A stretch of 64,000 bases of DNA, taken from contig JBGARZ010000010.1 of the NCBI GenBank assembly GCA_044229975.1, positions 224,001 to 288,000 of the forward strand. The letters run 5' to 3'. This document shows, in pieces, positions 18,747-27,981 of this stretch. The stretch comes from Polyangiales bacterium. Lineage in GTDB: Bacteria > Myxococcota_A > Polyangia > Polyangiales > Ga0077539. The notes under the pieces were generated by a model. It was not told where the DNA came from and ran no database searches. It was given only the letters and a program-made list of their open reading frames with translations. A program made the translations under genes and the position numbers. How positions within the stretch are numbered: position 1 is the first letter of the stretch; each line of letters starts with the position of its first letter.

Positions 18747-20672
18747 GTGACTTGTTTGCCGTACGGTGCGGGGCGCGCCTTCCTGTGCGGGGTGCTGGGG
18801 GCGTTGGGCTGCCAGAAGGGGGAAGACCGGCCCGACGTCCCCGCGGTCATCGCTCCGCCAGCGGCGGCGCCGAGCACCCTCGGGCGCGGCTTCGTGCAGG
18901 TGCCGTACGACCTCCCGGCAGGGGTGACGTTTCCGACGGCGGGCCTCATCTCCAACGACCCCATCGGACTGACCGGCGCAGTGGCGGGCGACATCAACGG
19001 GGACGGTGACCCCGAGGTGCTCATGGGCGCCGTCTCCGGGTTCGGTGGTGAGTACCTCCCGCTCGCGTGGACCTACCATCGCGACCGCGGCGAGCTGACC
19101 CCCGTGGCGCTGCCCAACCTGCGCGGCGTCGCGATGCCGATGGCGCTGCTCGACCTCGACGGCGACGGCTTCCTCGACCTCGTGGACAACCGCCCGGCCA
19201 TCGCGTGGGGCGCCGCCGGAGGGCAGTTCGGGCAGTCCGTCGCGCTGGTCCCGCGGCCCAACACCGGCCGCGCGTTTACCATCATGGGGCTCTACGTGCA
19301 GGACATCGATGGCGACGGCTGGCTCGACCTGCTCACCGGGCAGCGCGACTGTAGCCCCGACAGCCACGCCTACCGTCTCCTCCTCCGCACCGGCCCGCGC
19401 ACCTTCACGGAGCGCACCGAGCTCATCGAGGACAACCCCTTCGGCGGCTCGTACGCCCTGCTCGCCACGCCGCTTGGGCCCGACCCGATGGTGCTCGCGA
19501 CCTTCTCGACCTGCGCCAACAGCGAGCCGGCCTTCCACCGACAGACCTCCCTCGACGCCGCGGGGCTGCCGCGCTTCGCGGGCCACGACATCACCCGCCC
19601 CGACGCGGACTACCGCCAGCCGATGCCCGCGATCTGTCCCAACCTCTCGTGCCGCGCACCGATGGGGGCGTGGGTCGGCTTCCTCGACGAGGACGAACAC
19701 CTCGACCTCGCGGTCTCGCTCAACCCCCGCCACGATGTGTTCATGGGCGGGCGCACCTGGCCGCTGCGCGACCTCGCGCCGCAGGCGTCGTTCACCACGA
19801 CCCGGGCGGTGGAGACGAGCAAGGGGATGATCCCGTGGGGCGTGGCGTTCGTTGATTTCGACCAGGACGGCCGCCCCGACACGGTCAACGTCCACGGCAA
19901 CGACTTCATCCCCGACGAAGACCGCGAGCGCTTCATCGGCGTGCAGCACCCGACGCTCCACTGGAACGCCGGCTCCCTCCGCTTCTATGACCTCACCGCC
20001 CTGAGCGGGCTCGGTCCGATGCTGGGCCATTGGCGCTCGCTCTGGGTCGGCGACCTCGAAGGCGACGGCGACGCCGACCTCCTCGTGGGCGGCCACCGCT
20101 TCGCGCCGCGCGTGCTGCGCAACGAGATCGACGCGGGCCACCACGGGCTCGCGATCGCCCTGCGCGGCAGCACCAGCAACGCCTACGGGCTCAACGCGAC
20201 GGTGTTGGTGCGCGCGCGCGCCGACGCCACGCCGGTGCGCTTCTTCATGGGCGGCATCTCGTCGCCGCACAACGTCTCCGAGCCGCTGATCTTCGTGGGC
20301 CTCGGCGCCGAGGAGCAGGCCGCGCAGGTCGAGGTGCGCTGGCCGTCGGGGGCGGTGCAGGTGGAGCAGAACCTCGCGGCGGGGCGCGTCCATACGCTGC
20401 GCGAGCCGCCGCTGCTCCGCATCGAGCCGGCCGAGCGCAGGGCGCCCGCGGATGGACGGAGCGTGGTGACCTTCCGGATCGCGGCCGGGGCGGGCGCCGC
20501 GGTGGCCCTGGCGATCACGCACGGCGGCGGCGAGGTGATGGCCGCGCCGCAGCGAGAGGGCGACGCGTGGGTCGCGCGGGTGCGGGCGCCGAGCACGCCG
20601 GGGTCGACGCGCTTCGAGCTGCGCATCGACGGCGCCGTGTCGGGCGTTCACCCGCGGGTCTGGTGGGAGTGA
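18747..20672 (+). CDS. CRTAC1/ASPIC-UnbV family FG-GAP repeat lipoprotein
   Basis: D.NGDG/DLDGDG/DIDGDGWLD repeats; C-terminal SNAYG.NATV...IFVGLG.....VEVRWPSG; lipobox ALGC. Start is approximate. Confidence 0.85.
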   Translation: MTCLPYGAGRAFLCGVLGALGCQKGEDRPDVPAVIAPPAAAPSTLGRGFVQVPYDLPAGVTFPTAGLISNDPIGLTGAVAGDINGDGDPEVLMGAVSGFGGEYLPLAWTYHRDRGELTPVALPNLRGVAMPMALLDLDGDGFLDLVDNRPAIAWGAAGGQFGQSVALVPRPNTGRAFTIMGLYVQDIDGDGWLDLLTGQRDCSPDSHAYRLLLRTGPRTFTERTELIEDNPFGGSYALLATPLGPDPMVLATFSTCANSEPAFHRQTSLDAAGLPRFAGHDITRPDADYRQPMPAICPNLSCRAPMGAWVGFLDEDEHLDLAVSLNPRHDVFMGGRTWPLRDLAPQASFTTTRAVETSKGMIPWGVAFVDFDQDGRPDTVNVHGNDFIPDEDRERFIGVQHPTLHWNAGSLRFYDLTALSGLGPMLGHWRSLWVGDLEGDGDADLLVGGHRFAPRVLRNEIDAGHHGLAIALRGSTSNAYGLNATVLVRARADATPVRFFMGGISSPHNVSEPLIFVGLGAEEQAAQVEVRWPSGAVQVEQNLAAGRVHTLREPPLLRIEPAERRAPADGRSVVTFRIAAGAGAAVALAITHGGGEVMAAPQREGDAWVARVRAPSTPGSTRFELRIDGAVSGVHPRVWWE

Positions 20673-20673
20673 C

Positions 20674-21909
20674 TCACTCCACGAAGTCGAGCTCCCGGCC
20701 CCAGGTCTCTTCCATGCGCCACAGCGACACCAGCGCCAGCGCGAGGCACACCGCGCCGACCACCGCGGCGCTCGCCACCAGCGACAGCCCGTGGGTTTTC
20801 AGGCCGATGAAGCTCGCCGTCAGCAGCGGCACGCTGCCGCGCACGAAGTTGGGCACGCTCGTGGTCACCGTCGCGCGGAGGTTGGTCCCAAACTGCTCGG
20901 CCGCGATGGTCACGAACACCGCCCAGTACCCGATGCAGAAGCCCATCGCGCCGCAGAGCGCGTAGAGCTGCGTGGAGGTTCCGCCCGACTGCGCGAGGTA
21001 CGCGCTCACGAGCGCCGCGGCCCCCAGCAGGAAGCCCAGCACCACCTTGCGGCGTGACCCGATCCACTGGCTCAGCGCGCCGCTCACGAGGTCGCCCACC
21101 GCGAGCGCCGCGTAGGTCACCTGCACGGCCGTCGCCGCCGTCACCTCGCCCGTCACATGAAACGCCCGCGCGAACTCCGGCGCGCCCGTCACCAGGATGC
21201 CCACCACGTACCAGATGGGCAGCCCGATGAGCACGCAGCGCACCAGCCGCCACAGCCTCTTCCACGAGAAGAAGAGCATCACCAGGTCGCCGCGCTTCAC
21301 CGCCTCGTGGCGCACGCGCCCGAACATCCCCGACTCCAGCATCGACACGCGCATCAGCAGCAGCGCGAAGCCAAGCACCCCGCCGATGATGAAGGCCGTG
21401 CGCCACGGGTAGTGCTTGCCCACCCACGCCGCGGCCACCGCGCCGAGGATGCCGACGCCTGCGACGACGGCGGTTCCGTATCCGCGCAGCCTCGCGGGGA
21501 GCATCTCGCTCACCAGCGTGATGGCCGCGCCGAGCTCGCCCGCCAGACCGACGCCCGCCACGAAGCGCCAGAACTCGTACTGCCCCAGCGTGTGCACAAA
21601 CGCGTTGGCGATGTTGGCCGTCGAGTAGAGAAGAATGGACCCGAAGAGCACGCTCACCCGGCCGCGCTTGTCGCCGAGGACGCCCCACAACAAGCCTCCC
21701 AGGAGGAGTCCCCACATCTGCCAGCTGAGGAGCGAGAGGCCCACGGTGAGGCTCTGCGCAGGGGCGACGCCGAGGTCGGTGAGCGAGCGCGTGCGGACGA
21801 TGGAGAAGAGCAGCAGGTCGTAGATGTCGACGAAGTATCCGAGCGCTCCGATGAGCACCGTGGCGATCATCGTGCGACGGGAGGCGGTCTCGGCTGGAGG
21901 GGTTCCCAC
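20674..21909 (-). CDS. MFS transporter
   Basis: About 12 TM helices; LGYFVDIYDL, G.LGDKRGR, RF.AG.GLAGELG, EQFGTNLRAT. Confidence 0.93.
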   Translation of the reverse strand: MGTPPAETASRRTMIATVLIGALGYFVDIYDLLLFSIVRTRSLTDLGVAPAQSLTVGLSLLSWQMWGLLLGGLLWGVLGDKRGRVSVLFGSILLYSTANIANAFVHTLGQYEFWRFVAGVGLAGELGAAITLVSEMLPARLRGYGTAVVAGVGILGAVAAAWVGKHYPWRTAFIIGGVLGFALLLMRVSMLESGMFGRVRHEAVKRGDLVMLFFSWKRLWRLVRCVLIGLPIWYVVGILVTGAPEFARAFHVTGEVTAATAVQVTYAALAVGDLVSGALSQWIGSRRKVVLGFLLGAAALVSAYLAQSGGTSTQLYALCGAMGFCIGYWAVFVTIAAEQFGTNLRATVTTSVPNFVRGSVPLLTASFIGLKTHGLSLVASAAVVGAVCLALALVSLWRMEETWGRELDFVE

Positions 21910-21960
21910 GCGGCGGATGACACCACGGCGGAGAGTGGTGGTGTCAATCGACGACGACGG

Positions 21961-22536
21961 TCAGACGACCTGCCGACGCTGCCGCTCGGACACGCGCCGC
22001 ACCACCGCGGCGTAGAGCTCGTCGAGCCGATCGGCCACGCACGCGAGGTCGGCCCCGTTGCGCCGCGCCCCCGCTGCCTCGTCGTCGTGCGTCACCACCG
22101 CGACGCGCAGCATCGCGCCCATCGAGGGGTTGCGCGCGGCGGCTCGCAACAGCCGCGCGCCGTCGATGGCCGCCATCGGGACCACCGCCACCAGCACGTC
22201 GGGCTTGTGCGCGCCGATGGAGAGCAGCAACTCCAACGATGGTGGCCACACGCGCACCTCGAAGTCCTGCGCGAACACCCCGGCGAGCGCCTCGGCGCCG
22301 AGCGCGTCGCCCTCCACCGCGAAGAGCAGCGGCCGCACCCGCGTCACCTCGGGCGGAACCTCGTAGCCCTGCTGCTGGAGAAAGCGCGAGAGGTCGGGCC
22401 GCAGCACGCGTCGGTGGCCGCCCTGCGTGTGGCGCGCGGGGAGGAGCGACTGGGCGATCCACGAGACCACCGCGGGTCGCGAGACGCCGCAGTACTGGGC
22501 CACCTCCTCGGTCGTGAACTCGCGCTCGCCCAGCAT
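21961..22536 (-). CDS. Excisionase-like HTH + receiver-like domain regulator
   Basis: FTTEEVA.YCGVS...V..WI...L.A..T.GGHRR followed by a degenerate REC fold. Confidence 0.8.
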   Translation of the reverse strand: MLGEREFTTEEVAQYCGVSRPAVVSWIAQSLLPARHTQGGHRRVLRPDLSRFLQQQGYEVPPEVTRVRPLLFAVEGDALGAEALAGVFAQDFEVRVWPPSLELLLSIGAHKPDVLVAVVPMAAIDGARLLRAAARNPSMGAMLRVAVVTHDDEAAGARRNGADLACVADRLDELYAAVVRRVSERQRRQVV

Positions 22537-22563
22537 TCGCGGCGCGAAGGCTCGCACAATCTC

Positions 22564-22592
22564 TTGACGGCCGAAACCTTCGCTGATACACC
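22564..22592 (+). promoter_or_regulatory. Candidate sigma70 promoter for tRNA-Ala
   Basis: TTGACG-N17-TACACC, about 20 bp upstream of the tRNA. Confidence 0.45.
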
Positions 22593-22612
22593 CCGGCTCC
22601 CTCGAACGGAGA

Positions 22613-22685
22613 GGGGCTGTAGCTCAGCTGGGAGAGCGCCTCAATGGCATTGAGGAGGCCACCGGTTCGATCCCGGTCAGCTCCA
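22613..22685 (+). tRNA. tRNA-Ala (anticodon GGC), CCA not encoded
   Basis: Acceptor stem GGGGCTG/CAGCTCC with G3:U70; D arm AGCTCAGCTGGGAGAGC; anticodon arm CCTCA-ATGGCAT-TGAGG; T arm ACCGGTTCGATCCCGGT. Confidence 0.97.
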
Positions 22686-22717
22686 CAACACACGGTCTCG
22701 GTTGCCAACGAGACCAC

Positions 22718-22760
22718 CCAACGAACCTGATGCTTTCGAGTATCGGGTTCGTTGGCATTT
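22718..22760 (+). terminator. Strong hairpin after tRNA (17-bp stem, UUCG loop); probable terminator or processing signal
   Basis: CCAACGAACCTGATGCT-TTCG-AGTATCGGGTTCGTTGG followed by CATTT. Confidence 0.7.
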
Positions 22761-22899
22761 GGGGGTATCGGGTGGCAGCCATTTCACGGTCATCGCGCCC
22801 GGCCGCCGTGGGTTTCCAACCCGCGGTAGCCGAGTGCAATGGTGTGCGGACGGCCTTGGCTTGATCCAACGCCCGCGGTTGACGCATGGTGCGCGCCCC

Positions 22900-24861
22900 A
22901 TGCGACCCCTCCGCCCCACCACCCTCGCGATCGCGCTGCTCCTCTCGGCTTGTGGCGCTCGTCAGACCACGGCCACCAACACCCCGACGCCCGTCGCTAC
23001 CGCCGACGCGCAGGTCGTTGCTACCGCCGACGCGGCCGTTGCTTCGCCGTGGGCCTCGCTCGGTCGCGCCGAGCTCTCGGCGCTGCTCACCGAAGACGCC
23101 CAGCGACGGCTGGTGAGCGAGGGCGACCCGGGCTTCGACGTGGCCCAGCTCGCGAACTACGTCGCCCACCCCGATCAGGCCCCGGAGCTGTCGGGCAAGC
23201 GGTGCGATCGGCTCCTCGACCTCGCCGTGGTGGCGCTCGCCAACCATCGCCTCGACGAAGCGGCGGGGCTGGTTGCTCTCGTGCGCGCCAAGGCCCGCAA
23301 TCGCAACATGGCCTTCACCGGGACGACCATCCTCGCCGAGGTCGCGCGGCAGCGCGCGGGCGCCGATGGCGCGGCCCAGCAGGCGGCGATCGAGGGTGTG
23401 TTGCGCGAGCTGCCGAGGCCGCGCTTCGGGGCGGCGACGGTGGTGTTCCAGGTGTTTCAGGCGCAGGCGCAGCTCGACGCGCGCGTGGAGCAGACGAAGC
23501 AGCAGATGGTGTCCGGCGAGACCGCGCGGGCGGTGCTGTGGTTCAGCGATGTGATGCCGAGCATCGTGCAAAACAGGGAGCGCTTCCTGGCGGCCGTGAC
23601 GGCGGTGCGCGCGGTCAACGACGCGATGCCCGCGGAGCCGGAGTTCAACTTCCACGACGTCGACCTCGCCCGTCAGGCCGACGCGCGCGACGTCAACGTC
23701 GCCGTCTGGGACGTCGGAACCAACCCCGAGCTCTTCCGCACGCAGCTCCTCGTGAACCCCGGTGAGCCCGCCAACGGCCAGGACGACGACCACGACGGCA
23801 TCGTCGACGACACCGTCGGCATCGCGAGCGACCCCGACCCGGCGCAGACGGCCCTCTTCTACAACCCCGGCGCGGAGATCATCGAGCGGTACTCGCCCTT
23901 CCTCCGCGGCGTGATGGACCTCCGCGCCGGCATGGCCTCCACCCCCGCGGCGCAGCGGGTGCTCGAACTCCAGCGGGGCATCACCGATGCGGCCCAGGCA
24001 CGCCAGCTCGATCAGCGCCTCGACGCGGTGGGCGAGTGGGCCCACGGGACCCACGTCGCCGGCATCATGCTGCGCGGCAATCCCCACGCGCGGTTGGCGA
24101 TCTTCCGCAGCGCGTGGGCGGGCGAGAACCGCGTCTACGACGAGCGCGGCCCGACGGACGCCGAGCTCGACACCGAGCAGGCCAACATCGACGCCATCGC
24201 GGCCTTCATCAACCGGCACCACATCCGCGTGGTCAACGCGAGCCTCGGGTTTTCGCAGGAGTACGTGGAGGACTCGCTGCGCCACCAGAGCGCGCTCTAC
24301 CGCACCGACGCGGACGTACGCGCTCGCGCGGCCGTGGTGCAGGAGCGGCGGCGAAGCAACTGGCAGCGGGTGTTCACGACGTGCCCGGAGACGCTCTTCG
24401 TGGTCGCGGCGGGCAACAGCAACCAGGACGTGATGGAGTACGGGGAGGTTCCGGCGAGCAACCAGAACGCGCCCAACCTGCTGGTCGTGGGCGCGGTCGA
24501 CCGCTTCGGTCACTGGGCGACGTTTACCAACAGCAACCCCGAGCGGGTGCAGGTGTTCGATCACGGCGTCGAGGTGGACAGCCTGGTTCCGTCGGGTGAG
24601 CATGTGCCGTTGTCGGGGACGTCCATGGCGTCGCCCAACGTCGCCAACCTCGCGGGCAAGCTGGTGTCCCTCGACCCGGCGCTCACGCCCGCGCGGCTCA
24701 TCACCATCATCCGCGAGACCGGCCGCGCCATCGCCGCGCCCTTCAGCGGGCGCATCACCGACGAGGTCGCCGCCATCGCTCGCGTGCGGCGGGAGCGTCA
24801 GAGCCCGCGCAGCGGCGCAATTGCCCCGCGCGCTGCGGCTCCGGCGAGGCCCGCCCGCTGA
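22900..24861 (+). CDS. S8 (subtilisin-like) serine peptidase lipoprotein
   Basis: Lipobox LSAC; catalytic motifs VAVWDVG, HGTHVAG, AAGN and SGTSMASP. Confidence 0.93.
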   Translation: MRPLRPTTLAIALLLSACGARQTTATNTPTPVATADAQVVATADAAVASPWASLGRAELSALLTEDAQRRLVSEGDPGFDVAQLANYVAHPDQAPELSGKRCDRLLDLAVVALANHRLDEAAGLVALVRAKARNRNMAFTGTTILAEVARQRAGADGAAQQAAIEGVLRELPRPRFGAATVVFQVFQAQAQLDARVEQTKQQMVSGETARAVLWFSDVMPSIVQNRERFLAAVTAVRAVNDAMPAEPEFNFHDVDLARQADARDVNVAVWDVGTNPELFRTQLLVNPGEPANGQDDDHDGIVDDTVGIASDPDPAQTALFYNPGAEIIERYSPFLRGVMDLRAGMASTPAAQRVLELQRGITDAAQARQLDQRLDAVGEWAHGTHVAGIMLRGNPHARLAIFRSAWAGENRVYDERGPTDAELDTEQANIDAIAAFINRHHIRVVNASLGFSQEYVEDSLRHQSALYRTDADVRARAAVVQERRRSNWQRVFTTCPETLFVVAAGNSNQDVMEYGEVPASNQNAPNLLVVGAVDRFGHWATFTNSNPERVQVFDHGVEVDSLVPSGEHVPLSGTSMASPNVANLAGKLVSLDPALTPARLITIIRETGRAIAAPFSGRITDEVAAIARVRRERQSPRSGAIAPRAAAPARPAR

Positions 24862-24868
24862 TCCATCG

Positions 24869-25570
24869 ATGCGACGCACCGACCCCGACCTGACGCCGCT
24901 CCACGCGACGGGAGCGCTGCCCTACACCGCCGAGGAGATCGAGGCGGCTTTACAGGGCGTCGTATTGCCCGAGCGCCTGGAGCGCCTCATGGCGGTGGCG
25001 GGGTCGCGCATCGGGTCGGTGACCGTGGTGCTGGAGGGCGTGATCGACCCGCACAACACCGCGGCCGTGCTGCGCACCGCGGACGCGCACGGCGTGGGCG
25101 AGGTGCACCTCATCGAGCGGGGGCTGAAGCCGCTGCTGGCCCAGCGGGTGACGCGCGGGTGCGAGCGCTGGATGGACGTGGCGATCCATCGTGAGACGGC
25201 CCCGTGCGTGGAGGCGCTGCGCGCGAAGGGCTTCGAGCTGTGGGTCGCCGACATGAACGGCACCGCCACGATGGAAGAAGTCGCCGCGCGGCCGAGGGTG
25301 GCGCTGGCCTTTGGCAACGAGCACCTCGGGGCGAGCGCGGAGCTGCGGGCGGCGGCGACGGGGACCTTCGCGGTTCCGATGCGGGGGATGGTGGAGAGCC
25401 TCAACGTGTCGGTGGCGGCGGGCATCGCGCTGCACACCGTGACGAAGGAGCGCGCGGGCGACCTTGGCACCCAGGAGCTGCATACGCTAAGAGCGCGCTT
25501 CCTCATGGAGAGCGTGCGCAGCCCGGAGATGATCATCGAACGCTGGCGACAGACGCAGGGGCGGTCGTGA
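24869..25570 (+). CDS. trmH: TrmH/SpoU family tRNA/rRNA 2'-O-methyltransferase
   Basis: DPHNTAAVLRTADA.G, FGNEH.G and PM.GMVESLNVSVAA SPOUT motifs. Confidence 0.9.
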   Translation: MRRTDPDLTPLHATGALPYTAEEIEAALQGVVLPERLERLMAVAGSRIGSVTVVLEGVIDPHNTAAVLRTADAHGVGEVHLIERGLKPLLAQRVTRGCERWMDVAIHRETAPCVEALRAKGFELWVADMNGTATMEEVAARPRVALAFGNEHLGASAELRAAATGTFAVPMRGMVESLNVSVAAGIALHTVTKERAGDLGTQELHTLRARFLMESVRSPEMIIERWRQTQGRS

Positions 25571-26547
25571 GCGTGCGGGTCGAGCGCGCCAAGAGCGACT
25601 CGCCGCGGCTGCCGTTCACGCTGGCGGGCGTGGCGCTGTGCGGGGTCATCGGGTTCTACGGGGCGAAGGCGATTCCGTGGGTGGCCGAGGGAGAGGGCGG
25701 CCCCGAGCACGGCAACGGAGCTGAGCCGGTGGGTGGCGGCACCGAGCCGACGGCGGCGGTGGACGCGGGGCGGGCGACGGTTCCGGTGGCGGCACCGGCG
25801 GCGCCGAGGGCTCCGGTGCGGGTCAACGCGGGGGCGCTCCAGGGCTGCGGTGATGGAGAAGAGACCGACCAGGCGCCGTCGGCGTGTGACGCGCCCGCGG
25901 CGGTGGAGGCGGCGTTGCGCGCGCGGCTGACGGAGGTGCTCGCGACGTGCCCGTCGGCGATGGAGGCGGCGCGCGAGCCGTCGCGGATGCTGAGCATCGG
26001 GCTGCGCGTCGATCGGCAACGGCATCGGGTGGCGGTGCTGCTGGGGCGGAGTTCGTCGGTGGCCGATCGGCTGTCGTACGTGGCGTGCGTGCGCGAGCAC
26101 ATCGGTCCGATGGACGCGTTGTGGGCGCTGCCCGCGGCGCACCCGCGGTACCTGTATTACTTCGTGGCGCGGTTTGGTCCGCTCGGGGCGGGAGACGTGG
26201 TGCCCGCGGCGCCGGTGGTGGCACCGGTAGCGCCGGTTGCGGTGGCACCCGTGGCGCCGACGCCGGTTGCGGTGGCACCCGTGGCGCCGACGCCAGCGCC
26301 GACGGAGCCTGCGCCTGCGGGGTTGCCGACCGCGCAGGAGCTGCAGCGGATGCGCTCGCTGGGCAACGCGACGGTGACCTGGAGCGTAGCGATCATCCGC
26401 GACGCGCCGCGCACCGGGGCGATCGTCGGGCGGCTGGTGCAGGGGACGGCCGTGGAGCTGGTCGACCGTCGCGGCGGGTGGCACGCCATCCGGTGGGGCG
26501 GCGGGTCGCATGTGGGGTGGACCTTCCGCGAGGCGATCGGGCAGTAG
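25567..26547 (+). CDS. Membrane-anchored protein with Pro/Ala linker and C-terminal bacterial SH3 domain
   Basis: N-terminal TM; VAP repeats; C-terminal IRDAP.TG.IVGRL.QGT.VE......GW..I......GW. GTGA overlap with trmH. Confidence 0.75.
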   Translation: MSVRVERAKSDSPRLPFTLAGVALCGVIGFYGAKAIPWVAEGEGGPEHGNGAEPVGGGTEPTAAVDAGRATVPVAAPAAPRAPVRVNAGALQGCGDGEETDQAPSACDAPAAVEAALRARLTEVLATCPSAMEAAREPSRMLSIGLRVDRQRHRVAVLLGRSSSVADRLSYVACVREHIGPMDALWALPAAHPRYLYYFVARFGPLGAGDVVPAAPVVAPVAPVAVAPVAPTPVAVAPVAPTPAPTEPAPAGLPTAQELQRMRSLGNATVTWSVAIIRDAPRTGAIVGRLVQGTAVELVDRRGGWHAIRWGGGSHVGWTFREAIGQ

Positions 26548-26552
26548 GGCCG

Positions 26553-27347
26553 TCAGGTCTCGTCGGGGTCGACACCCAGCGCGCGCAGCTTCGCCGCGAG
26601 CCGATCGGCGCGAGCCTTCTCGCTCTCGGCGCGAGCCCTCTCGCTCTCAGCGCGTGCCTTCGCATCATCGGCGCGTGCCTTCTCGGTCTCGGCGCGAGCC
26701 CTCTCGTCTGCGGCGCGCTCGTCGCCCGTGGGGATGAGCGCTCCTCGGGCGTCGTGCCAGCGCAGCCAGCGCTCGGCGCAGGTCTCGAAGACGCCCTCCC
26801 ACGGGAGGAGCTCGAGCTCGAGCTGTGGAATCCACGCCCGGTCGATGGGCGAATACACCTTCCCGTGGAGCTGAAAGGCATGGAGCTCGCTGCCGCCCAG
26901 GATCTGCTCCGGGTCCCACACCACATAGAACGGGATTCGCATCCGCGCGTAGCGCCGCAGCTTCGTCGACAGCTCGCCGCCCTCGCGGTTGGACACCACC
27001 TCGATGACGACGTCGGGCACCTTGCCGTACTCCCACACGAAGTACGATCGATGCTGCTTCACCCAGATGTCGTCGGGGAGGGTCACCTCCACGCTGACGA
27101 GGGCGTCGGGGACGAGCGGCGGCTCCTTCGCCGTCGCGAAGAGGCCCACGTTGGCCATGGCGACGAAGGTGCCCGGCGTGCCGTCGTCCCCGCCCGGCGC
27201 CATCCAGCCGGCGTAGAGCGGCGACGTCAGGAGGCGCTGCTGCTTCTCGGAGTAGAGGTTGTCCACGGGCGTGTCGTCCTCGGTGACGAGGCCGCTCACG
27301 TCGGGGACCGGAACGTCGAACCCCAGGTCATGCGAGTAGGTGACCAT
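26553..27347 (-). CDS. Uma2 family (PD-(D/E)xK) endonuclease
   Basis: TEDDTPVDN, VPD, SYFVWEYGK.PDVVIEVVSN, Y.V.DP; C-terminal ERARAE coiled coil ending in KLRALGVDP. Confidence 0.92.
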   Translation of the reverse strand: MVTYSHDLGFDVPVPDVSGLVTEDDTPVDNLYSEKQQRLLTSPLYAGWMAPGGDDGTPGTFVAMANVGLFATAKEPPLVPDALVSVEVTLPDDIWVKQHRSYFVWEYGKVPDVVIEVVSNREGGELSTKLRRYARMRIPFYVVWDPEQILGGSELHAFQLHGKVYSPIDRAWIPQLELELLPWEGVFETCAERWLRWHDARGALIPTGDERAADERARAETEKARADDAKARAESERARAESEKARADRLAAKLRALGVDPDET

Positions 27348-27475
27348 CGGGACGCAGCCTCGCGCGGCCCACGCAGCGGGTCAACCACCTCGCCGACGCG
27401 TGCTCCCAACCTCAGCCCGCGGTGCTGTGGTGGCGCTTGACCCGATGCGCAGAGTGCCGTCTCGTCCCCAGCGCC

Positions 27476-27973
27476 ATGAACGACCGCCGTCGAGACCCCC
27501 TCGCGCCCACGCTCTCGCCCCCACCCACCACGCCCGCGCTGGTGCGCCGCACGGCCCTCGCGGTGGCACTCAGCGCCCTCGGCCCGCTCGCGTGCAGCTC
27601 GACCACCACCGCGCTCGACGCCGCGCCCGTCGACACCGCGTCGTCCACCGACGCCACCGACGCCCCGCTCGTCGACGCCCCCGCTCCGCCCGATCGCATC
27701 ACCCCGATGCCTCCGCCGATGCCCGCTCCGCCCGACGTCATCCCGCCGATGCCGCCACCGATGCCTCCGCCCGTCGACAGCGGGTTCATCCCGCCGATGC
27801 CGCCACCGATGCCTCCGCCCGAGGACAGCGGCGTCGTCCCCCCGATGCCCGGTCCCCTCGACGGCGGCTTCATCCCGCCGATGCCTCCGCCGATGCCTCC
27901 GCCGATGCCTCCGCCCGCGGACAGCGGCTTCATCCCGCCGATGCCTCCCCCTCCACCCGACGGCGGCGACTGA
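27476..27973 (+). CDS. Proline/methionine-rich repeat lipoprotein (putative modified substrate or precursor)
   Basis: Signal peptide with lipobox PLAC; six repeats of I/V-(P/T)-P-M-P, mostly IPPMPPP(MPPP), four preceded by DSG/DGG. Confidence 0.8.
   Translation: MNDRRRDPLAPTLSPPPTTPALVRRTALAVALSALGPLACSSTTTALDAAPVDTASSTDATDAPLVDAPAPPDRITPMPPPMPAPPDVIPPMPPPMPPPVDSGFIPPMPPPMPPPEDSGVVPPMPGPLDGGFIPPMPPPMPPPMPPPADSGFIPPMPPPPPDGGD
27696..27958. repeat. Nested coding tandem repeats (12-bp CCGCCGATGCCT within ~45-bp units)
   Basis: Recurring GACAGCGGCTTCATCCCGCCGATGCCTCC-like units. Confidence 0.85.
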
Positions 27974-27981
27974 GCACCGGC

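Noticed and set aside
22613..22685. tRNA-Ala as attachment site of an integrated element
   Set aside because: No integrase and no duplicate of the tRNA 3' end noticed in the window; lack of encoded CCA is common.
26600..26720. 21-bp quasi-repeats in the Uma2 gene
   Set aside because: Ordinary ERARAE coiled-coil tail typical of this family.
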